Part shown: piece after piece, positions 10,258-20,682 of the stretch
Layout of the letters: each line of letters starts with the position of its first letter
Numbering within the stretch: the stretch's first letter is position 1
DNA from: an uncultured Terriglobus sp.
GTDB lineage: Bacteria; Acidobacteriota; Terriglobia; Terriglobales; Acidobacteriaceae
Assembly (NCBI GenBank): GCA_964244665.1
Contig: CAXTJO010000011.1
Coordinates: 430-64,429, forward strand
Direction: 5' to 3'
Length of the DNA stretch: 64,000 bases
The notes under the pieces: model-generated
Database searches by the model: none
Told to the model about the DNA's origin: nothing
What the model saw: only the letters and a program-made list of their open reading frames with translations
Made by a program: the position numbers and the translations under genes

Positions 10258-12021
10258 ATGCAGCTTACGACGTTGAACGATGTGTTTGCGCGCGCGGTGT
10301 CGCGTGGGTCTGAACGGGTGATCCTGGAGCACAGAGCGGACGGGGACTGGTCGCCAATCTCGTCGGATGCACTGTATTGGCGGGTGCATAGACTGGCGAA
10401 CTGGTTGCGTGGCCGGGGTATCGGCAAGGGTGACCGCGTGGCGCTGCTGGCGGAGAACCGCTGGGAATGGGCGGTGGTCGACTTTGCGTGCCTGGCGATC
10501 GGTGCGGTGGATGTGCCGATGTTTCCGACGCTGACGGCTGAGCAGATTCGCAAGCAGATTACGGATTCCGGTGCGCGGATCGCGTTTGTGTCGACTGCCG
10601 AGGTCTATCGCAAAGTGCAAGGCGTAGGCGGCTTGCAAACGATTGCGATGGATGCCGTGGAGGGTGCGGAGAGCTTTGGCGCGATTGTGGCGGGAGACGA
10701 GCCGGCGAGCCGGGATGCGGCGTTTGACGCAGTGCGCGGCGAGATTGGGCCGGAGGATCTGGCGACGCTGATCTACACGTCCGGAACGACGGGAGATGCG
10801 AAGGGGGTGATGCTGACGCACGGCAACATCGCGGCGAACCTTTCGATGACCACGGAGATCTACCATTTCAAGCCGACGGATACGACGGTGTCGTTTTTGC
10901 CGTTGTCGCATGTGACGGCGCGGCATATCGATTACCTGTTTTATGCCGACGGTGTGACGCTGGCGTATGTGAGCCGCGCGGAGCGTGTGTTGCCGGCGAT
11001 GGCGGCGGTGAAGCCGACGATCTTTGTGGCAGTGCCGCGGGTATATGAGCGGGTGCGGCAGTCGGTGGAATCGAAATCGGCGAAGGCGGGTGGCCTGAAG
11101 GCAAAGATTTTTACGTGGGCGGTGAAGACCGGCGCGGGTCATCGGGAGGCTGTGGCGAACGGGCGCACACCGGGGTCGCCGCTGTGGAAGCTGGCGAACA
11201 GGCTGGTGTACCGCAAGATCGCGGATGCGTTTGGCGGGCGCGTGCACACATTTGTTGCGGGCGGGGCACCGCTGGGAATCGATCTTAGCCGGTGGTTCGC
11301 GGATGTGGGACTGCCGATTTTTGAGGGGTATGGGCTGACGGAAACGTCGCCGGTGATCGCGGTGAACCGGCCGGGCGCGAACAAGCTGGGCACGGTGGGG
11401 CAGACGATGCCAAACATCGAGTGCCGCATCGCGGAGGAGGATGGCGAGTTGCTGGTGAAGGGGCCGAGCGTGTTTCCCGGCTATTGGAACAAGCCGGAGG
11501 CGACGGCAGATGTGTTCGACGCGGAGGGGTTCTTTCATACGGGCGACGTGGGCAACATCGATAGCGAAGGCTATTTGAGCATCACGGATCGCAAGAAGGA
11601 ATTGTTGAAGACGATCGGCGGCAAGCTGGTGGCGCCGCAGCCGATCGAGGCGAAGCTAAAGGTGAGCGCGCTGGTGGGCTACGCGGCGCTGCAGGGTGAC
11701 AACCGGAAATACATTACGGCGATCGTGTCGCCGAACTTTCCGGCGCTGGAGGAGTGGGCGTCAGGTGAGGGAATTGCTGCCGGCGACCATGCTGTGCTGG
11801 TACGCGAGCCTAAGGTGGTAGCGCGATATCAGCAGGAGTTTGACCGGGCCAACGAGGGGCTGCAGCCGTGGGAGAAGGTGAAGCGGTTCCGGCTGGTGGC
11901 GGACGAGTGGACGCAGGATAGCGGGCACTTGACGCCGAGTGTGAAGCTGAAGCGGCGGGTGGTGAAGGAGCAGTACGGCAAGCAGATTGAGGAGATGTAC
12001 AGCGGGGCCGAGGCGGAGTAA
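10258..12021 (+). CDS. fadD: Long-chain fatty acid--CoA ligase (AMP-binding)
   Basis: YTSGTTGDAKG, EGYGLTE, FHTGDVG, LTPSVKLKR. Confidence 0.88.
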   Translation: MQLTTLNDVFARAVSRGSERVILEHRADGDWSPISSDALYWRVHRLANWLRGRGIGKGDRVALLAENRWEWAVVDFACLAIGAVDVPMFPTLTAEQIRKQITDSGARIAFVSTAEVYRKVQGVGGLQTIAMDAVEGAESFGAIVAGDEPASRDAAFDAVRGEIGPEDLATLIYTSGTTGDAKGVMLTHGNIAANLSMTTEIYHFKPTDTTVSFLPLSHVTARHIDYLFYADGVTLAYVSRAERVLPAMAAVKPTIFVAVPRVYERVRQSVESKSAKAGGLKAKIFTWAVKTGAGHREAVANGRTPGSPLWKLANRLVYRKIADAFGGRVHTFVAGGAPLGIDLSRWFADVGLPIFEGYGLTETSPVIAVNRPGANKLGTVGQTMPNIECRIAEEDGELLVKGPSVFPGYWNKPEATADVFDAEGFFHTGDVGNIDSEGYLSITDRKKELLKTIGGKLVAPQPIEAKLKVSALVGYAALQGDNRKYITAIVSPNFPALEEWASGEGIAAGDHAVLVREPKVVARYQQEFDRANEGLQPWEKVKRFRLVADEWTQDSGHLTPSVKLKRRVVKEQYGKQIEEMYSGAEAE

Positions 12022-12078
12022 GGCGGATTCGGCAGTGTCTGATGAATCAGTTCGGGCTTTACGGGGAGCAAAAGCAAA

Positions 12079-12138
12079 CCTCAGGGGCTGAAGCCTCGCC
12101 GTTTGGGTGTTTTATGGCACGGCTAAAGCGGTGCCCCT
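12079..12138. repeat. REP-like paired palindromic element
   Basis: TCAGGGGCTGAAGCCTC followed by GGCACGGCTAAAGCGGTGCC: two related GGCT(G/A)AAGC hairpins downstream of fadD; single copy in window. Confidence 0.55.
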
Positions 12139-12340
12139 CTGAAGAACTCAAATCGTTTGAATTGGTCGGACACTCCCTAGTGCCGCGCCGTGCGGGGAGG
12201 CGACGTTAGAGTGGCAGGTTCATAAGTCGCTGCCGGGGAACCAAGAGGCGCATGAGCAGGGCCTTGCCCTTGTGCCGAAGACGCAGTACAACGGAGCATC
12301 GAGCGTTCTTTGCAACCTACGCAGTGCGAGGAGAGGATTC

Positions 12341-12595
12341 GTGGCAGAAGCACCCCAAACAGTGTGGCGCGAGGTGATGGATATGCGGCAGGCCGCGGAG
12401 TACCTGGGCCTGAGCGCGGATTCGCTGTACCGCTACGCATCGGAGGGCACGGTGCCGGCGTTTCGCTTTGGCAATCGCTGGCGGTTTAAGAAAGACCTGC
12501 TGGACCGCTGGATGGAGGAGAAGTCTGGCGTGGTGCCACTTGCGGCTGCGATGGTGACCGGCGGAACCAAGAAGCCGGCGCGTTCCGCGAAGTGA
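12341..12595 (+). CDS. Excisionase-like HTH_17 DNA-binding protein
   Basis: MDMRQAAEYLGLSADSLYRYASEGTVPAFRFGNRWRF; GTG start with GAGGAGAGG. Confidence 0.85.
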   Translation: MAEAPQTVWREVMDMRQAAEYLGLSADSLYRYASEGTVPAFRFGNRWRFKKDLLDRWMEEKSGVVPLAAAMVTGGTKKPARSAK

Positions 12596-12613
12596 CAGTC
12601 AGCCTTGTTGTAC

Positions 12614-13501
12614 CTAAGCGGTAGTGGGTGCGGGCGTGCCCGGCTGAAGCATGAGCAGCGTGATTTCCGGCGGACAGCGAAAGCGTACGGGTACATGCAC
12701 GGTGCCAATACCGCGGTTGACATAAAGCTGCATGCCGTTGAGGTTGAATCGGCCATGGATGTAGCGCTGGCCCATGTCCGGTAGAAAGAACGGGGTCAGC
12801 AGCGGCAGGCGGATCTGGCCGCCGTGGGTATGGCCGGCGAGCAGGAGATCCACGGGGCTGTAGTTGTACACGGCAGGTGCGATATCGGGTTCGTGGCCAA
12901 GCAGAAGGACGGGTGCGCCCATGCGCTGTCGCGGAATTGCGCGGGTGAAGTCGGGCGCGTCGAAGTAGGCGTCTGCCAAGCCGCCGATCCACAGGCGGTC
13001 GCCATGCAGGTCGATGCTGGTGTATGCATTGCGCAACACCTGCAATCCGCGTGATTCCAGCACGGTTTGCACGCCGACAAAGTCGATGCTGTCGTGGTTG
13101 CCGAGAGAGCAAAAACGGAGTGGGCAGGTGAGGCCGCCAAGGATCTCCGCGCACTCCGATTCGTGTCGCTGGTTGTTGCGGACGCTGTGCTGGTCGGCGG
13201 TGATGAAGTCGCCGGTAATTGCGACCAGGTCGGGCTGGAGTGCGTTGACGCGGGCGACGGTTTCACGCAGAAACCATTCCTCGGCGTAGTGATTGTAGTG
13301 AATGTCGGAGATCTGGGCGATGCGGAAGCCGTGGAAGGCAGCGGGCAGGTTTGAGATGTAGATGGTGTGCTGGATGAGGGTTAGCCGGTGACGATCAATC
13401 TCGGTCGCGTCTATGAGCAGTGCGGAAGCCGCAATCGCGGCGGCGCCGGTCAGGAACTCCCGGCGGGTAGGTCGTGCAAGGCCATGACCGCGGAAGTGCA
13501 T
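12614..13501 (-). CDS. Calcineurin-like metallophosphoesterase (YkuE/YaeI-like), Tat signal
   Basis: SDIH, TGD, GNHD, HEP, GHTHGGQ motifs; TRREFL Tat-like motif. Confidence 0.9.
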   Translation of the reverse strand: MHFRGHGLARPTRREFLTGAAAIAASALLIDATEIDRHRLTLIQHTIYISNLPAAFHGFRIAQISDIHYNHYAEEWFLRETVARVNALQPDLVAITGDFITADQHSVRNNQRHESECAEILGGLTCPLRFCSLGNHDSIDFVGVQTVLESRGLQVLRNAYTSIDLHGDRLWIGGLADAYFDAPDFTRAIPRQRMGAPVLLLGHEPDIAPAVYNYSPVDLLLAGHTHGGQIRLPLLTPFFLPDMGQRYIHGRFNLNGMQLYVNRGIGTVHVPVRFRCPPEITLLMLQPGTPAPTTA

Positions 13502-13586
13502 ACGTCATTTTAGCGGGCGTCCTGTTGCTGACGCGGTTGAGGGTGGCATAAACAGACCGGCGCTGCGGAAACGGTAGACTTGCTGA

Positions 13587-14729
13587 GTGAATTTTCTTGC
13601 ACGTCATCAAAGGCTCGCGCGGGCGATGGAGGAGCGGCGACTACCGGCGCTGCTGATTACACATCTGCCGGATGTACGGTGGTTGTGCGGCTTTACGGGC
13701 TCGAATGCGGCTGTGGTGGCGTTGCGCGGGGCGCGTGGGGTGACCCTTAGGCTGTACACGGATGGACGGTATACCGCCCAGGCCAATGCTGAGGTGCGGC
13801 AGGCGACGGTGCGCATCGCGAAAAAAAGCGCGTTGGCCGAGGCTGTGATTTTTGCTGCGGGGTCGGCGGCGGCGCGCTGCTACTTCGATGCCGGCAGAAC
13901 AACGGTGCAGGCGCTGCAGGCGATGAAGGCAGCTGTGCGGAGTGGGGCAGAGCAGCGGACGGGCGCGTTTCTGCGACCGGCGGGCGATGTGATTGCGGCG
14001 CTGCGACAGGTGAAAGATGCGGACGAGATCGATGCGCTGCGGCGAGCGACCGCGCTGGGCTGTGCGCTGTACGAAGGCATGCTGGGCTTCATCGAGGTGG
14101 GGATGCGGGAGCGGGATGTGGCGGCGGAGCTGGAGCACCGCGCGCGCAGGGCGGGGGCGGAGGCGATGAGCTTTGAAACCATCGTCGCGGGCGGTGTGCG
14201 GTCGGCGATGCCGCATGCGCATGCGACGGATGCCGTGTTGCAGGCGGGTACGCTGCTGACGCTGGACTTCGGCGTGGTGTTGGACGGTTATTGCTCCGAC
14301 ATGACGCGGACGGTGTATCTGGCGGAGGACGGAGCAAGGCGGCAACCGGCTGCTGCCCGTGCGCGGCTGGAGCGGCAGCGGCAGGTGTTCGACGCGGTAC
14401 TTGCGGCACAGATGGCTGCGGTGGATGCCGTGGGTGCAGGTGTGGAGGTGGGCGTGGTGGATGCGGCGGCACGCACGCTGCTGAAGACGCATCGGCTGGA
14501 CAAGGTGTTCAGCCACTCGACGGGCCATGGGCTTGGGCTTGAGATACACGAGGGGCCGCGACTTGCGGCGAAACAGACTGCCGTGTTGCAGACAGGTATG
14601 GCGATTACGATTGAACCGGGAGCGTATCTGCCGGGGGAGTTTGGGGTCCGCATAGAAGATACCGTGCTGGTAACAGACACAGGATGCGAGATACTAACGC
14701 CGGCGTATAAAGGCTGGGTTGAGCTGTAA
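13587..14729 (+). CDS. Xaa-Pro aminopeptidase (M24B)
   Basis: LCGFTGS, DFG..GYCSDMTRT, HSTGHGLGLEIHE, TIEPG, GVRIED. Confidence 0.92.
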   Translation: MNFLARHQRLARAMEERRLPALLITHLPDVRWLCGFTGSNAAVVALRGARGVTLRLYTDGRYTAQANAEVRQATVRIAKKSALAEAVIFAAGSAAARCYFDAGRTTVQALQAMKAAVRSGAEQRTGAFLRPAGDVIAALRQVKDADEIDALRRATALGCALYEGMLGFIEVGMRERDVAAELEHRARRAGAEAMSFETIVAGGVRSAMPHAHATDAVLQAGTLLTLDFGVVLDGYCSDMTRTVYLAEDGARRQPAAARARLERQRQVFDAVLAAQMAAVDAVGAGVEVGVVDAAARTLLKTHRLDKVFSHSTGHGLGLEIHEGPRLAAKQTAVLQTGMAITIEPGAYLPGEFGVRIEDTVLVTDTGCEILTPAYKGWVEL

Positions 14730-14778
14730 CGCCCCACAAGAACGTGCACGCGCCGACCGCGGTGCAGCAAGGAAGAGC

Positions 14779-15264
14779 ATGGAACGGATGGATTTGCAGG
14801 AATTACGCGAGTTGGTGGAGTTCCTGAAGCAGAGTGGTATCGCTGAGTTTGAACTGGATCGCGAAGACCAGCATGTGAAGTTGAAGTTTGAGAGCGCGTT
14901 TCCAGCGGCGGTATCGACGGCTGCGGTACCGCACACACACGTGCTGGCACCACCTGCCCCCGTCGCAGTGCCGGTGGCGGCGCCCGCGCCGGCAGTTGCC
15001 GCCGCACCGGCGGAAGAAGCGCTGCACCAGGTGAAGTCGCCCATCGTGGGAACGTACTATGAGAGCGCGTCTCCGGGCTCGGCGGCGTTCGTGAAGCCCG
15101 GTGACACGGTGGAGGTGGGTCAGACGCTGTGCATTGTGGAAGCGATGAAGCTGATGAACGAGATTGAAAGCGACGTTGCGGGCGAGGTGGTGAAGATCAT
15201 CGCCAAAAATGGATCGCCTGTGGAATACGGTCAGCCGCTGTTTGCGGTGCGCGCGCGGGCATGA
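14779..15264 (+). CDS. accB: Acetyl-CoA carboxylase biotin carboxyl carrier protein
   Basis: SPIVGTYY and EAMKLMNEI biotinylation motif, Ala/Pro linker. Confidence 0.96.
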   Translation: MERMDLQELRELVEFLKQSGIAEFELDREDQHVKLKFESAFPAAVSTAAVPHTHVLAPPAPVAVPVAAPAPAVAAAPAEEALHQVKSPIVGTYYESASPGSAAFVKPGDTVEVGQTLCIVEAMKLMNEIESDVAGEVVKIIAKNGSPVEYGQPLFAVRARA

Positions 15265-16685
15265 GCATGTTCAAGAAAGTTCTGATTGCCAACCGAGGCG
15301 AGATTGCGTTGCGCGTGATCTCCGCCTGCCGTGAGATGGGCATCCGCACGGTGGCCGTGTATAGCGAGGCGGACCGCAACAGTCTGCATGTGCGTTTTGC
15401 GGACGAGGCTATTTGCATCGGTCCGCCGCGCTCAGCCGAAAGCTATCTGAATGTGCCCGCCGTTATCAGCGCAGCGGAGATCGCCGATGTGGATGCAATC
15501 CATCCCGGCTACGGTCTGCTGAGCGAGAACGCGAACTTTGCGGAGGTATGCCGGGCGTCGAACATCAAGTTCATCGGCCCCCGGCCCGAGGTGACGCGGA
15601 TGATGGGGGAAAAATCCACGGCGCGGCAGACGATGAAGGCGGCGAAGGTGCCGATTCTGCCAGGGTCGGACGGCGTTATCGGCAGCGTGGACGAGGCGCA
15701 GGTGTGGGCGAAGTCGGTCGGCTTTCCGGTGATTTTGAAGGCGGTGGCCGGTGGCGGCGGCCGGGGTATGCGTATTTGCAGGACGCCGGATGAGCTGCCC
15801 GGGCTGTTCAATCAAGCATCAACGGAGGCGTTGAATGCCTTCGGTAACGGCGATCTGTACATGGAGAAGTTCATCGAGCGGCCGCGCCATATTGAGTTCC
15901 AGGTGCTGGCCGACGAGCATGGCAACGTGATGAGCCTGGGGGAGCGGGAGTGCAGCATCCAGCGGCGGCATCAGAAGCTGATCGAAGAAGCGCCGTCGCT
16001 GCAGGTTTCGCCCGAGGTGCGCGCGCGGCTTGGTGGGGTGATTGAGCGGTCCTTGCGCGAGGTGGGCTATTGGAACGCCGGCACGATCGAGTTCCTGATG
16101 GACGAGGACGGCGAGATCTACTTTATCGAGATGAACACGCGCATCCAGGTGGAGCACCCGGTGACGGAGGCGGTGACCGGCATCGATCTGGTGAAGGCGC
16201 AACTGCGCGTTGCCGCCGGCGAGAAGCTGAGCAGCATCGTGCCGGACCGGCCCACCATTCGTGGGCATGCGATCGAGTGCCGCATCAACGCGGAGCATCC
16301 GGAGAAGTTCACGCCCAGTGCCGGGAAAATCACCGCCTTTAACCTGCCGGGCGGCAATGGGGTGCGCGTGGACACGGCGCAGTACAGCGAAGGTGTGGTG
16401 CCGCCGTACTACGACAGCATGATCGCCAAGGTGATCTGCCATGGCAAGGACCGCGATGAGGCGATGAACAAGATGCAGCGTGCGCTGGACCAGTTTGTGG
16501 TGGAGGGGATTTACACGACCATTCCGCTGCAGCAGAAGATTTTTGCCGATGCGGACTTTCGCCGTGGCGATTTCGATACCAAATTCATGGAGCGATTTTT
16601 TGAAGCAGAGGCCGAGCGAAAGCGTGTTGCCGCAGAGCAAGCTGCGGCGAACGCAGGCGATGCCGAGGTGCCGGTTGGTGCCTGA
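15261..16685 (+). CDS. accC: Biotin carboxylase
   Basis: [42 protein letters not shown]. Confidence 0.97.
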   Translation: MSMFKKVLIANRGEIALRVISACREMGIRTVAVYSEADRNSLHVRFADEAICIGPPRSAESYLNVPAVISAAEIADVDAIHPGYGLLSENANFAEVCRASNIKFIGPRPEVTRMMGEKSTARQTMKAAKVPILPGSDGVIGSVDEAQVWAKSVGFPVILKAVAGGGGRGMRICRTPDELPGLFNQASTEALNAFGNGDLYMEKFIERPRHIEFQVLADEHGNVMSLGERECSIQRRHQKLIEEAPSLQVSPEVRARLGGVIERSLREVGYWNAGTIEFLMDEDGEIYFIEMNTRIQVEHPVTEAVTGIDLVKAQLRVAAGEKLSSIVPDRPTIRGHAIECRINAEHPEKFTPSAGKITAFNLPGGNGVRVDTAQYSEGVVPPYYDSMIAKVICHGKDRDEAMNKMQRALDQFVVEGIYTTIPLQQKIFADADFRRGDFDTKFMERFFEAEAERKRVAAEQAAANAGDAEVPVGA

Positions 16686-17385
16686 GCCGTTCTCCGATGC
16701 GGGTGCGGCTTCGGCCCGCGTCCACTTTGCACGACGCATTGCCCAGGGTGATGCGTCACTTCGTTTGTACGCCATCCTGGATGCGGAAAGCTGTGGGCGT
16801 CGTGGCTTTGGGCTGGAGGAGGTCGCGCGCGCGTGGCGCTGTGCGGGTGTACAGCTTGTGCAGTATCGGGACAAGACAGCCAGCCGCGACGCGGTACGGC
16901 GGAATGCCGCGATGCTGCGGGATGTGTTTCCCCCTGGAACGGCGTTGCTGCTGTTGAACGATGACCCTGAAGTTGCGGTGGAGTGCGGTTTCGACGGCGC
17001 GCATGTGGGCCAGACGGACACGGGTGTTTCCACGGCACGCGCGGTGCTTGGGCCGGCGCGCATTCTGGGTGTATCCACGCACACGCCCGACCAGGCGCTT
17101 GCAGCAGGAGCCGCGGATGTGGACTACGTCGCCATCGGCCCGGTGTTCGAGACGCGGACCAAGCCCGATGCTGAGAGTCCGGTGGGGGTGTGCGGCGTGC
17201 AGGCAGCGCGTGCGGTGGTGCGCAAACCGCTGGTGGCGATCGGCGGTATCGGCCCGGGCCGGGGCAGGCAGGTGCTGCAGGCCGGCGCGGATGCTGTCGC
17301 GTACATCTCTGCGTTGTTGCCGGAAGAACAGGGCATGCAGGCTGTACTACAGCGTGCACGAGACATTCTTGCCGGATTGAAGTAA
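16678..17385 (+). CDS. thiE: Thiamine-phosphate synthase (ThiE/TenI family)
   Basis: [38 protein letters not shown]; GTG start overlapping accC stop. Confidence 0.88.
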   Translation: MPEPFSDAGAASARVHFARRIAQGDASLRLYAILDAESCGRRGFGLEEVARAWRCAGVQLVQYRDKTASRDAVRRNAAMLRDVFPPGTALLLLNDDPEVAVECGFDGAHVGQTDTGVSTARAVLGPARILGVSTHTPDQALAAGAADVDYVAIGPVFETRTKPDAESPVGVCGVQAARAVVRKPLVAIGGIGPGRGRQVLQAGADAVAYISALLPEEQGMQAVLQRARDILAGLK

Positions 17386-17398
17386 AACCGACGTACAC

Positions 17399-18970
17399 GT
17401 GCAAGACACCCTTTCTTCACCCTCTCCCGTGCATGCACCCGGCGACGCCACAACGCAGCCGGAGTTCGTCAAAGGGCTCGGCCTGTTTTCCGCCACGGCG
17501 ATTGTGATGGGATCGATGGTCGGCTCAGGCATTTTTGTGGTGTCTGCGGAGATGGCGCGGGGCGTGGGCTCGCCGGCGCTGTTGATCGGCGCGTGGCTGG
17601 TGGCAGCGGCTATGACGATCATCGGTGCGCTGAGCTACGGTGAGTTGGCGGCGATGATGCCCAGGGCGGGCGGCCAGTATGTGTATCTGCGTGAGGGACT
17701 GGGGCCGCTGTGGGGGTTTTTGTACGGCTGGACGCTGTTCCTGGTGATTCAGTCCGGTACGCTTGCCGCGGTCGGTGTCGGGTTCGGCAAGTTTCTGGGT
17801 GTGTTTCTGCCGTCGGTGTCGCAGAGCCACTGGCTGTGGCACGCCGGCCATGTGCCTGCCATACGCGTTGGGCCCATGGTGCTGGGCAACATGGACATTG
17901 GGCTGAATACCGCGAACCTGGCGGGCATCCTGGTGCTGACGTTATTGACGGCGCTGAACTGCCTGGGCGTCAAGCTGGGATCACTCATTCAGAATGTGTT
18001 CACCAGCGCGAAGCTGGGAGCACTGGCGCTGCTGGTGTTGTTTGGGCTGATTGCGCGCAATGCGACGGCGCTGGCTGCCAATTTTCAACACGGGGCCTTC
18101 TGGAGGAACGCCGGTTGGAGCGATCTGCACCCGGTGACGGTGGGCACGGGCGGCCCTACCGCGCTGGTGGGACTGTTGACGTTGGTCGCGGTGGTGCAGG
18201 TCGGCTCGCTGTTTTCCGCGGACGCGTGGAATAACGTGACGTTTACGGCGGGGGAGATCCGCAATCCGCGGCGCAACCTGCCGCTTTCGCTGGCGCTGGG
18301 CACCGGCATTATCCTTACGCTCTACATCGCGTGTAATTTCATCTATCTTGCAGTGCTGCCGCTGCATGGGTCGGCGGACGCCGCAACGATTTTGGGCAGG
18401 GGTGTGCAGTTTGCAAGTGAAGATCGTGTCGCGACGGCGGTGATGGAACAGGCATTCGCAGGGTACGGAGCGCGGATCATGGCGCTGGCAATCCTGATTT
18501 CCACGTTCGGATGTGCGAATGGCATGTTGCTGTCCGGTGCGCGGGTGTACTACGCCATGAGCCGGGACGGACTGTTCTTCAAAGCCGCGGGACACCTGTC
18601 GCCGAAGACCAAGACGCCGGTGGTAAGCCTGTGGGTGCAGTGGGCGTGGTCGTGCCTGCTTTGCCTGTCGGGCAGCTATGGGCAGCTGCTGGATTACGTG
18701 ATCTTTGCGGTGCTGTTGTTCTACATTTTGACGATTGCGGCGCTGTTTGTGCTTCGCCGCACGCAGCCGGACGCAGAGCGGCCGTACCGGGCGATCGGCT
18801 ATCCGGTTCTTCCGGCCCTGTATATTGTGATGGCCGCGTTCATCAGTGTTGTACTCTTACGCTACAAACCCCAGTACACCTGGCCGGGCCTATTGATCGT
18901 TCTGCTCGGCCTGCCGGTCTATTTTGCCTGGCGTCGCAGTGCCAGTATTTCTCCCGCAGCCGAAGGATAA
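17399..18970 (+). CDS. APC-family amino acid permease
   Basis: GSMVGSGIF, YGELAAMMPRAGGQYVY, many TM segments. Confidence 0.92.
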   Translation: MQDTLSSPSPVHAPGDATTQPEFVKGLGLFSATAIVMGSMVGSGIFVVSAEMARGVGSPALLIGAWLVAAAMTIIGALSYGELAAMMPRAGGQYVYLREGLGPLWGFLYGWTLFLVIQSGTLAAVGVGFGKFLGVFLPSVSQSHWLWHAGHVPAIRVGPMVLGNMDIGLNTANLAGILVLTLLTALNCLGVKLGSLIQNVFTSAKLGALALLVLFGLIARNATALAANFQHGAFWRNAGWSDLHPVTVGTGGPTALVGLLTLVAVVQVGSLFSADAWNNVTFTAGEIRNPRRNLPLSLALGTGIILTLYIACNFIYLAVLPLHGSADAATILGRGVQFASEDRVATAVMEQAFAGYGARIMALAILISTFGCANGMLLSGARVYYAMSRDGLFFKAAGHLSPKTKTPVVSLWVQWAWSCLLCLSGSYGQLLDYVIFAVLLFYILTIAALFVLRRTQPDAERPYRAIGYPVLPALYIVMAAFISVVLLRYKPQYTWPGLLIVLLGLPVYFAWRRSASISPAAEG

Positions 18971-18972
18971 CG

Positions 18973-20589
18973 ATGGCAAAACTCTTTGCACGAAAGTCGA
19001 TGACCGCCCTGTTGGCCGAGGCAAACGAAACAGGCTCCCACACGCTGGAGCGGACGCTTGGGCCCTTTCAACTGACCGCGCTGGGTATCGGCGCGGTGAT
19101 TGGCGCGGGCATCTTTGTGCTGGCAGGACTTGGGGCGCACTATGCCGGGCCGGGCCTGATGCTGTCGTTTGTGCTGAGCGGGTTGGGGTGTGCGTTTGCG
19201 GGGCTCTGCTACGCGGAGTTCGCAGCCATGATTCCGCTGGCCGGCTCTGCCTATACCTATGCGTACGCGACGCTGGGGGAGCTGATTGCCTGGATCATCG
19301 GCTGGGACCTGACACTGGAGTATGCCATGGGCGCAAGCACCGTGAGTTCCGGGTGGTCGAACCACTTCATCGAGTTGCTGGAAATCTTCCACATCAAATT
19401 TCCGTTATGGCTGGCGTACGACCACTGGACGGGACTGAGCGTGGCGCTCGACAACGTTGCCCGCGGTGCCATGCAAACGGTGAATCCCGGTATGGCGCTG
19501 GGGTCGCAGGAGTATATCGCTGCGCTGGGCGAGATGAAGGCGTCGCCCACGGCGGCCATGCTGAGCCAGGCGCATGTGCTGCTGAATGCGCCGGTGGTGT
19601 TCGGGCACGAGATCGGCATCAACCTGCCGGCGTTCCTGATTGCCTTGTGCGTTACGACTATTCTTGCTATCGGCATTAAGGAATCGGCAAAGTTCAATGC
19701 GACGATCGTGGTCGTGAAAGTTGCGGTTGTGCTGTTTGTGCTCGGTTTGGGCGCGCATTATGTAAACGCCGCGAACTGGGGTCACGATTGGCAGACATTT
19801 GCGCCGCACGGTTTCGGCGGTATCGGCGCGGGTGCGGCGTATATCTTTTTTGCTTATATCGGATTCGACGCAGTCTCGACGACGGCGCAGGAGGCGAAGA
19901 ATCCGCAGCGCGATCTGCCGATCGGGATCATCTCGTCGCTGGTGGTGTGCACGGTGCTGTACATCGGCGTGGCGGCGGTGCTTACCGGCATGGTGCCGTG
20001 GGCGCAGATCAACATCGAAGCGCCGATCGCACGCGCCTTTCTGGACCGCAACCTGGTTTGGGCAAGTGACATCATCACCCTGGGCGCGCTTGCCGGGCTG
20101 ACGTCGGTGATGCTGGTGATGCTGCTGGGGCAGACGCGTGTGCTGTACGCGATGGCCAATGACGGCCTGCTGCCGAAGAAGTTCTTTGCTGAGGTGAACC
20201 CTCGCTTCCGCACGCCGTTCAAAAACACATTCCTTGTGGGGACGCTTGCGGGTGTGGTGGGTGCGCTGACGCCGATCGACGATATCGGCAAAATGGTCAA
20301 CATCGGTACGCTGCTGGCCTTTGTGATTGTGTGCGTTGCCATCGTGATCCTGCGCCGCACCGAACCGGACCGCGTGCGACCGTTCCGCACACCGCTGGTT
20401 CCGCTGATCCCCGCACTTGGCGTGCTGTTTAACGGGTACATGATGATCAAGCTGGGTTGGCTGAACTGGGCACGCCTGGTAGTCTGGTTGTTAATCGGCC
20501 TGGTGATTTACTTCACCTACGGGCGCAAGCACAGCCGGGTACAGCATCAGCTTGATCCATCGCTGTCCGCAACAGTCGCCGCAGATTAA
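18973..20589 (+). CDS. APC-family (CAT-like) amino acid permease
   Basis: GAVIGAGIF, YAEFAAMIPLAGSAY, FFAYIGFD, EAKNPQRD. Confidence 0.92.
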   Translation: MAKLFARKSMTALLAEANETGSHTLERTLGPFQLTALGIGAVIGAGIFVLAGLGAHYAGPGLMLSFVLSGLGCAFAGLCYAEFAAMIPLAGSAYTYAYATLGELIAWIIGWDLTLEYAMGASTVSSGWSNHFIELLEIFHIKFPLWLAYDHWTGLSVALDNVARGAMQTVNPGMALGSQEYIAALGEMKASPTAAMLSQAHVLLNAPVVFGHEIGINLPAFLIALCVTTILAIGIKESAKFNATIVVVKVAVVLFVLGLGAHYVNAANWGHDWQTFAPHGFGGIGAGAAYIFFAYIGFDAVSTTAQEAKNPQRDLPIGIISSLVVCTVLYIGVAAVLTGMVPWAQINIEAPIARAFLDRNLVWASDIITLGALAGLTSVMLVMLLGQTRVLYAMANDGLLPKKFFAEVNPRFRTPFKNTFLVGTLAGVVGALTPIDDIGKMVNIGTLLAFVIVCVAIVILRRTEPDRVRPFRTPLVPLIPALGVLFNGYMMIKLGWLNWARLVVWLLIGLVIYFTYGRKHSRVQHQLDPSLSATVAAD

Positions 20590-20614
20590 GAGCACGATTG
20601 CAAACGTGGGAAAT

Positions 20615-20648
20615 GAAATGCGCCTCGGACAAGCGAGGCGCATTTCTT
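20615..20648. terminator. Intrinsic terminator between convergent genes
   Basis: GAAATGCGCCTCG-gacaag-CGAGGCGCATTTC 13-bp perfect stem. Confidence 0.8.
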
Positions 20649-20682
20649 GGTTCGGATGTTTGATGCCAGGAGTCTTGCGCGA

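Noticed and set aside
9202-11538. 778-aa minus-strand ORF over gltB/fadD (and 651-aa ORF 52752-54707 over the TBDR)
   Set aside because: Shadow frames antisense to well-supported genes
12700-12745. TTATGTCAA (minus) resembling the XerD arm of dif; similar hits near 38070 and 50088
   Set aside because: No XerC arm ending in ATAA at 6-bp spacing; mostly inside coding sequence
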